Source: Tubiluchus corallicola (taxonomy: Eukaryota > Animalia > Priapulida). Taken from it: DNA of 64,000 nt. The stretch's first letter is position 1; each line of letters begins with the position of its first letter. The notes below the pieces were generated by a model. The model saw only the letters and a list, made by a program, of their open reading frames with translations, made no database searches and had not been told where the DNA came from. This document shows, piece after piece, positions 55,678-64,000 of the stretch. Location of the stretch: the NCBI GenBank assembly GCA_030141605.1, contig JAQGDQ010000068.1, forward strand, positions 248,001 through 312,000, given 5' to 3'. Position numbers and translations under genes: made by a program.

Positions 55678-55846
55678 GTAGCCTAGATTTTCCGGACCTT
55701 GCACAGTTTATCAGTGGCTATACTCTCAGAGACGCATTCCTTGAATTGACCACCGCTGTATCTGACGAAGTGAATAAGAGCGTAAGTGAATATCGACAAT
55801 CTGACAGTTATGAGACATTCACTTTGGAAAGGGACAAAATTGGACG
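55678..55846 (+). CDS. NIT-domain receptor exon
   Basis: ctgcag|GT...CG|gtaagt, phase 1-2; SLDFPDLAQFISGYTLRDAFLELT...FTLERDKIGR. Confidence 0.8.
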
Positions 55847-56526
55847 GTAAGTTCTACTTCATACCAGTTGGGTATATGCAAGACATCACGTCTTCTAAAC
55901 CAATGTTATATTTACTACCACCTCGCTAACTACAGTTACTACATAATCAAGTTTATTGAGAAACAATACAATATTATTTTACAGAAAGAGCCTCACATTG
56001 CACAAAAGTATGTTGCACATCATTTGGGTATAAGCCTCACATTAAAGTAGAAAAATGGTAAATATTCAATAGTTAACATTATTTAAACATTTGCAAAGAT
56101 AATATAGTTACAATGATATGATATGTTAGCATTCCTAGAAGATTTGGTTCCGCTTCAAGTGAATAAGAGCATAAATGAATATGGAACAATTATGAGATGT
56201 TCTTTTTTGGAAAGGGACAAAATTGCGTGGTAAGCTCTTCGTCACCCCAGTTAGGCCCTTGCGGGACAACACGCATTTAAGTCCATGTTATAGCTACTCA
56301 GTGGACTAACTACACATATAACACGATCAAGTTTACTGACAAATAATACATTATATTACTTGTGCAGAATGAACCACATATAACACAAAGCACCCTAATA
56401 CTTGGGTATAAACGTCACATTAACACGGTAAAACAGGAAATATTAAACAGTTTTCATTACTCACACATTTCCAAAAATAATTCAGTTACAAAGATATATT
56501 CTGATAGTTATATGCGTTCCTAGAGG
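55768..56526 (+). repeat. Diverged ~385-bp tandem duplication including the 3' end and donor of a NIT exon
   Basis: AAGTGAATAAGAGC...TTGGAAAGGGACAAAATTG...GGTAAG...TTGGGTATAA...TTCCTAGA at ~55768-56141 and again at ~56157-56526. Confidence 0.85.
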
Positions 56527-57420
56527 TAGAAACCTGAACATCATAGCTCCACTGCTAAATTAGATAGGGCTAAATCAACCTCATGTATAATTAAGATGCC
56601 AGATTAATAAATTACACCAAGTGGGGTAAAAGTCATGCCGTAGTGTGCAGTTAATAATCCCATCTGTCAATACACAAATAATCGCCGGGACTGCAGAATA
56701 TTTACCAAATTAATATGGTACTATGTAGACGATTTATAATAACATAAAGGTACCTGGATACTACTATTCAAGTTTTAGTTTTTTCTTAAACTACAATAGT
56801 GACGGAACAATACCACTCTAACAAAAAGCGACTTAAAAAACTGGAATGTCTAGCAAATATCAAAGCGTTAGCAACACAATATCAAAATCAATATTGTAAA
56901 GACAATATTTTTGAAAAAAGCTTAACAGCCAGTTCGCAATGGATTGACATGCGAAGACAAATTTTGCTGCGAGTAACAGTGATGAAATTGGGATCCGACA
57001 TTTTGAATTGAAGGTGGCGCGATAACGTCACTTGCGAAAATGGCCTAAGGTTTTCCAGATCGCAATGCAAAACCACTATAACTTAACAATAATGCACAAG
57101 AATGAATTCTGCATGGATTAAAGGCTGCATTTTCGATTTGCCGTCGGCATTGACGTCATTTCCACTCCATGATTTCCGTCATTTCCGCTGCAGTTTTGTA
57201 TGACCTGTTATTAGTTGCTCTTTCACCTGCTTAAAGCTGGGTTAGCAGTGACCATTGACCGCACAGATAACAATGCAAGCAACGCCAATTGTGTAAACTT
57301 AGACTTGGACCAAAGAATCACGAGTTGTTTATTTTAACTGGCATACAGAATTTCTGGAATTTGTTTACTTCAATTACTGCTGTTGTCTTAGTCCGTCATG
57401 TATAGCAAGCAAACGGCCAA

Positions 57421-57868
57421 TAATTAGAAATACCTGGTTTTTCTGAGAAAATGCAGATTTTGCTAGAAAATTATTGACGGTTTTCTAAGCAAAACTAACA
57501 CCAGAAAATTTTAAGCAAATCTTAGGTTTTGCTTAAACTTGCAAATGAAATCTGTATCAGGCGAAATTCGAGATTTCTGACAAAACTAAAATTTTCTGAG
57601 CTAAAAGTTTCGTTCTCATAGGCCCCACACACAGTGCAAACTATATTTTAGTTTCGCTAACCAAACTAGGGCTTTTCCGACTAAAACCCAAGATTTCTTT
57701 CAAATTCTTTGCAACAGGTGGTATCTAAGCGAAACTACGGATTGCTGATCAAGACAGGATTTCTGCATGAAATTATAGTTTAGCAGCAAATCCCCCGATT
57801 TTTTGTTTCCTAGGTTCTGCAGAGCAAAGTGGGTTTTTGCTCAGAAAAAATAGGTATATCTAAATTCT
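57421..57868. mobile_element. MITE/foldback-like element with ~30-bp imperfect terminal inverted repeats
   Basis: Left AATTAGAAATACCTGGTTTTTCTGAGAAAA vs reverse complement of right end AATTTAGATATACCTATTTTTTCTGAGCAAAA; interior made of degenerate TTTTGCT/AGCAAAAC subrepeats. Confidence 0.65.
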
Positions 57869-58699
57869 AATTACACTCTATTGTACACTTGACGTGCCGT
57901 TGACATAATGTCACATCGAACCAGAAAGCAGAGGGCTATTGGAACCTGACAGGGGAAGGGAACACATTGCCAAGTAATATTCTAAGATGTTTATCAATTC
58001 AAGATATTTTTAGTTAGCCGGGCTGCAGTTAATGCAAAGATCGTTTTGATTTCAAGGCTAAAAAAGTCGCTTAGTAACATTATACAAGGACGTCTATAAC
58101 TTAAGCGGACGTGACACATGCTGCGTGCTGCGTCTCGAGACTATTGTCTTACGATCTCCGGGCAACGTCAGGCACCCACCGTGCCAGGTTAAGCAATAAG
58201 CAGTGTTTACTGTTTAGAGGGATCAATTTTTAAAAACATAACAAATGTTGAAAATAACATTATTCAACAATCAAGAAAAACGTGTTTTGTTATAAGATAG
58301 CCACTGCACCCTAGGAAAATTGCAAAACAGCAGCCAGAGAAAAATCGTGTTTTTCAAGAATGGCAGTAGACAGCACATATAGACAGGAATTTGGTCTTGA
58401 AAATTCAGTCCGAGAAAATTTAGTTTGTTTAAACGATTGGCTGGATAGGCATTTGTAATTTTGTCTGTTGATTTCGCAAATTATTTCAGATAGTACCAAA
58501 GTGTTTATTATGATGTGAAATAAATTTTAATGATCGTATGTACATGCAATTATATATGTTTTTGGTATTTTTCAACCACTCCTCTCTTAACCCCACAGCA
58601 CCGGAAGCATCTACTTCGATTACACATGAGCAACGTACGAGACTTCTTGAAAGTAACTAAATACATCGCAGCGTGTTTCAGTACCGCCAAAATTATGTG

Positions 58700-59480
58700 T
58701 AATCCTATTTAAATATGAAATGGAGTAACAAACTAAAAACTAATGCTCATCTAGGAAACTACAGCCAATTTCACGCATAAATTGCCGTTCAATCAGATTC
58801 TTACTTTAAAAGTCGGAAAATCCGAAAGAAGAGTAGAAGTAGCTGCAGTGAGGTTATTGACTGGATAGGGAAATTTTAATGACCTGGTGACTCGTATTGG
58901 ATTTGCTAGAGACAAGCTTTGTGATTGCGGTATGGAAGCCCAGAATCCAGAACATTTGATATACAGATGTCCTGGAGTTGATGCAAACAGGCGAAATGTA
59001 TTACTAAACCAACTAGGAAATAACAACTTAAATCTTGTGTATTGCACAAAAAATGTAGATTTAATATCAGCACTAACTTACATTGGAAAGGACGCTTTAG
59101 TTTTAAGGTCTTGTTGGTAAATTTGAGTAAAATAGGGCTTAAATTTGTGTAGTTTTTAAGATCATTGGATGTAACTCTTTGTGTACTTAAATATAGAATA
59201 GGGAATTTAGTATATTAATTTATCTGCATTTTTATGTTACTAGACAGGAAACTTGCTTCATTAATAACCTTGATTTTGCACTCACTTTAATACTCTTGGT
59301 TAACATCACTGTAAATAATGTTATACGCACAAATTAAAAATTCTAATTACAGAATGAGTAACATTGAACATTGTAGAACTCAATCTAGTGTCTATGTAAA
59401 ATTGCATAATGTTCATACAGAAATTTCTGCCTGCCAAAAGAGGCTAATAAAGACTCATCATCATCATCATCATCACCATC
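58700..59480 (+). mobile_element. 3' end of a decayed non-LTR retrotransposon (I/R1-group-like) with CCHC zinc knuckle and (CAT)n tail
   Basis: VRLLTG*GNFNDLVTRIGFARDKLCDCGMEAQNPEHLIYRCP (C-x-C-x8-H-x4-C; in-frame stop where His is expected); AATAAA at 59446 then (CAT)n 59456-59480. 5' boundary approximate. Confidence 0.78.
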
Positions 59481-60070
59481 GTCTTTCCTGAACATCAGAA
59501 ACGTGTTTGTATGGACTAAGAATTATATATGTGACTTAAATTAGTAAGAGAAACTATATTCTTTATCATTTATCTCATAATATGCAATGGCATGAGTGTG
59601 CAGATACACCATTTCTATATGTCACTTCTACATTTATAGAGGTTCTTGCATTATGGCACCAATATTATTAAAACGCCTAAACAAACACTACGGAAATGAT
59701 GAAGTCATTACTCCTTCAGTACTCTATGGCACTAACTGTAAATAAAGACATCTTAATAAACTGCCTTTTTCGTATGTGTGATGGTTGCGGACTCCTACCT
59801 AATTAAGGCACTTCGGGCAAACTCTTTTTTAAATTCATAAGAATCATTTAGTCGAAACGCGTTTGCGGTTAATGTCAGTGAATTAATTCCCAGTCTTCCC
59901 AAATTTTATAATCCACAAAATAAACATCATTGTTTGTTTAAGTTTTTTGTTGATACAGGAACATAAAGGATATAAAAGATTTAATATTCACCCCTGTTTA
60001 ACGAAACATGTTCAGACGATCGCAATTTACAGAAACAGGCAATTAAATGTTAGCAATATAATTTTTTCAG

Positions 60071-60251
60071 AAATAGACGTTCCCGACCTGATTATGCTGC
60101 AGCCATAGATTGGTATTCGAAGCCCATCGAGGTCTACAATGAGAAGCCTTTATACAACATCCTGGCAGATTCCATTGTCAACACATTGGAACAAGAGCAG
60201 GCGGATGCAAAACGCCAAAAATACGTTAGCTTATTTCTGATGATACTTGTG
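60071..60251 (+). CDS. NIT-domain receptor exon: end of NIT domain and start of TM2
   Basis: ttttcag|A...GTG|gtacgt, phase 2-0; AAAIDWYSKPIEVY...LYNILADSIVNTLEQEQADAKRQK-YVSLFLMILV parallels NIT AxxWFxxxTxxIxxL...LAxxI. Confidence 0.82.
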
Positions 60252-63200
60252 GTACGTATTTCGATATCACACTGCGTGAGAGTAAAGATACGTGTTTAGA
60301 CACAGCAACCTGCCATGTTAGTAGGATGTTCTGGGTTCTGGGTACTCTTATTTGGCACTAAAATTAAAATCATTTTGCATGTAATCAGGTCAGACCTCAA
60401 GGATTCATGGTTGTATATTTAACAAAATTTTGGGCAGCAGGAATACATATGAACAGCAAAAGTTCCAGCCGTAAAACTCTGGCTATCAACCCAATTTTTT
60501 GCATTTTTCTTGCCTTTTTGAGCTTAACACGCATTTTGCTGTGTGAAGTGAATAGTTAAATGGTCACGACGCTTGGCCGCGATGTTAAACAACACCAGGC
60601 ATAGTTAGTGAGAAGGTGGGTTCACAAACTGCTTCTGAGCCATAGTGAAACTTCCGAGTTGTATATGCAGAGAATATACATGATGTAAAAAGGAAAAAAT
60701 ATTAGTACTGTGTAAATAAAATGAATTAAAATACTCATAAAATGTTTTAAAATGACATTATAATTAACTTTAGTTGCTATGTATAGACGAAGGGGTGGCG
60801 AATGAATGTAAATTATCGAGTCAGCCACCCCAAGTCATCCACCCCATAAAAAGGCAGTCATATAGACATTCTTTTCAGTTGTTCCTGTGGCCATTTTCTG
60901 TACTGCTGATTCGAGAAATTATGGAGATTGCTGACATAATGAAGGTTCGGCGACAGTTTAGTAGTGCTGCTAAAAGCATGTTTCGCCTGTTGGGAGCTAT
61001 TCGAGCCTAAGACGTTACGATAACAAATCTACCTCAGAGAATACGTAACCAAACAGGAAATTTCAGCTACCACGACAGGCCTACTAGTTAAAACGAAGTT
61101 ACTCAGTAAAACAGAAGTGACATGTTGGGAAACATTTGTACTGTTATTGAGAATTACGAAAATAACTTGTGCATCACCAGTCCTACTTTTGGGCTCGGTG
61201 GGAATACGAAGACACGTCAACTTATTCTTACAGAGCAACAGGAACTTATATTTAAGGAACAGCAGTAGACCGTCTGTCATTTCCGGACAATGTTCGACAC
61301 AAGATGCGATTACTAAAACTAAGCTAATTTAACTGCGAAGCTGGTTGCTGTAAGTGCGGTCATTTCAGAAAAAAAGTTTTAACTGCTTGTTTTTATTAAA
61401 ATATTTCTCTTCTCTTCATTTAATAGCGTACTGAGCATTACGTAATATGCAAAAGCCGGGATATTTTAGACTAGTCATATTCGTAACATCACTGGCTTCA
61501 ACTTCGGCATTCTTGTGTTACTAGCTTGCGAGGCAATATACAGCTGTTTGTTTCACCGTGATGCTGTTCTCAGTCTGGTTTTCAGTTCTTGTATAAAATG
61601 TATAAGTTTTTATCAGTTTATTATATAGTGACATCACAATAAATTCTAATTCTATCCGTATTCTAATGTTTTTCCAAAAACAGATCCATGGCAAAGGCAA
61701 ATGGTGTTCTAAATGCAATATTTAGGCTTTTGAGCAGACACAACTCAAAAACACAATAAACTCTTACGTATGACAAATACGATTATATACCAGACTAGTT
61801 TATTGTAAAGTGTGACTGATTCGAGAAGCGTCGCACCATTATTTGACTGTACAGTTTACAATTTATGGCTGGGCCCAACTACAGAATACGTAATGGCAGG
61901 CTGTGAATATATCGATACTGCCAGATGTCACACTGTAATGCTTCTACATTTCGTAGTTTATCGGCTGCACTCTTCAAGTGTTTTGTTCCATTGGCGTGAA
62001 CACCCAACAGTTATAAAACTATCTTGTTCTAGCCGTATTGTAATTTTTGTTATTGCAGTAAAACCAGGTTTAATTGTAGGCTACTTAAAAATGAATGATA
62101 TACCATTTGATATAAAGGCTTGTCAGCTAGCTAACTAGTATTAATCGATGGTTAACTTGTACTATGGATAAAAACCCATTGTTCCATTTCTGTTCTTTCT
62201 TGCATACGTTGCATACTAATTCAAACTAGTAACAGTTGCTAGGTATTATTATGTTATACAAGCTATCTATGGCAAAGTCGAACCATGGATACATACGCAA
62301 CAGATGACTGTTGTGGCTTAATGTTTTACAGAAGTCTAGGTTGACAACAGTTACAATAGGCAAACAAATACAAAAGAAAATTATTCCATTGTGGACAAAA
62401 TTGTTGCCTAGTTTTATAGTCTAAAAAGAATTATCTAACATACGACATTATAATAAAACTTCATCACAATCTAATTTACTGGTTTTATGACTGAGAGGCT
62501 CGTATATACATGTAGTTGTTATTGATGTGGAAGCATGAATACAATAGGCACTAAAATACTCAATAAAAACTGTCTAAATACTATCATGCAAAAAGTTCAT
62601 GGTTTTTCCTTGTTAACAATTCAGGAAATATTGCCAAGTTAACTAGCACAGTGTTTAGAATTTATAGTGATAAAATTAGAGTGAACAGAAAATTCTTAAT
62701 TAAGTCTTCACAGGGTAAAAGGAGAAGCCCAACAAATTGGCATAAAAATATCTATTGACTGCACACATTGTAAACATATCATTACTCTATACAATATTAA
62801 ATTACATTCCATTATTTTTATGTAAAGTTTAGACATAAATCTTATAATTAGGGTTGTTACTTAAATTCACAAATTTGTATTATTTACACATTGATAATGC
62901 ATATAACTCAGATTATAGAAAGAAAACATCGTAGTCTTACCCATAATTCTAATTATCACCATATAAGTTGGTCTACTTAAAGGCTTACGCATGGGCCTAG
63001 TTGGCAAATCTTAATCCCGATCCATCTCACGTGCAGCACCTGTATTAAAATCATCAGAAGTAGACCTAATTATTAACGATATAAACACACATTTTTATTC
63101 GGATGTAATTAATACTATTAATAAAATACTATTTATTAACAACTACTGCTATAGAAGCCGACATTGTAATGAGCATGGATAGGCCCGTTTACCATAAGAG

Positions 63201-64000
63201 CACTGACGTCAACATAACAAGCTTAAATAAAATTACAAAGAACTAGAGGAACTGTAGGCCTATTACAAAATGTTTTTCAGTGCATAACTGGGATAACCCG
63301 ATATGTACATTGCAAAAAATAGTGAGCATTATATTTACATTAACTGTGTGATTCACTAAAAACTGGGTGAGTGCAAATAAAATGCCATTTGTTCTAAACG
63401 TCACCAATAAGAACTCTGACAATCCGTTCCATTCCAATAGAAAAAATTCCATAAAATTATTTAAACTCCAGAATCCATATTCCAAATTCCAGTGTAAAAC
63501 AAAAATTTAAAAAAAATAAAAGACACAGTATTGGCGAGTACACACCTCAGTGTAGTTTTAAAAATGATCGGGCTACATATACTCGTAATTTAGTAGAGAG
63601 AATAAACCAGCATTTTCAATTATTACTAGGGTGATTGACGTAATAATGTAAGAAGTGACAGAACATAAAAAATATGCTAACAAAACACTTTTGGTTATGT
63701 GAGAATCAACTGTCTTAAGTTAAATACTGTAGACCCTGTGAAACTGGGTTTTAGACTCTGTTGATAATCTCAAAGATAAGGAATTTATGACAACTATGGA
63801 AACGCAAGCTACATAGTCACAAAGTTTTTAAACTTTAACATGCTGTAGTAGGCCATCTACCTTAGGTGATTTATATTTACATTTTTATTTAACATCTTCA
63901 CTATTTAGCAACTGGTAGCAATATAAGGGTAAACTTTGACCTCAAGCGCATTAATCTACAATAATATTAAGTGTTTTTATTTATTTTATTATAATATTTC

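Noticed and set aside
60252-64000. Guanylyl cyclase exons of the NIT receptor
   Set aside because: No phase-0 exon completing TM2 or encoding coiled-coil/cyclase motifs was found; cyclase activity is therefore unproven.

Overview
AT-rich, intron-containing animal (invertebrate) genomic DNA; no prokaryotic features. Three coding units can be reconstructed from splice sites and reading phases. (1) On the minus strand at the left edge, the 5' part of a CSPG4/NG2 (kon-tiki)-like gene (2 laminin-G domains, EGF, CSPG repeats) that runs off the window. (2) After ~27 kb with no recognisable gene, a plus-strand gene (32.9-50.6 kb) encoding a signal peptide, three C-type lectin domains, one EGF exon and a single 6.2-kb exon of roughly 45 mostly calcium-binding EGF modules, including a recent 426-bp internal tandem expansion. 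(3) About 2 kb downstream, six phase-compatible exons (52.7-60.3 kb) encoding TM1-NIT(nitrate/nitrite-sensing-like)-TM2, the layout of animal NIT-domain receptor guanylyl cyclases, but with both signature E-R motifs changed to E-G. No cyclase domain is visible in the window. Whether (2) and (3) are separate, co-transcribed or fused cannot be settled from sequence alone. Introns and intergenic DNA contain decayed LINE fragments, a tRNA-derived SINE, MITEs and many microsatellites. All domain and family calls are by eye, not from database searches.
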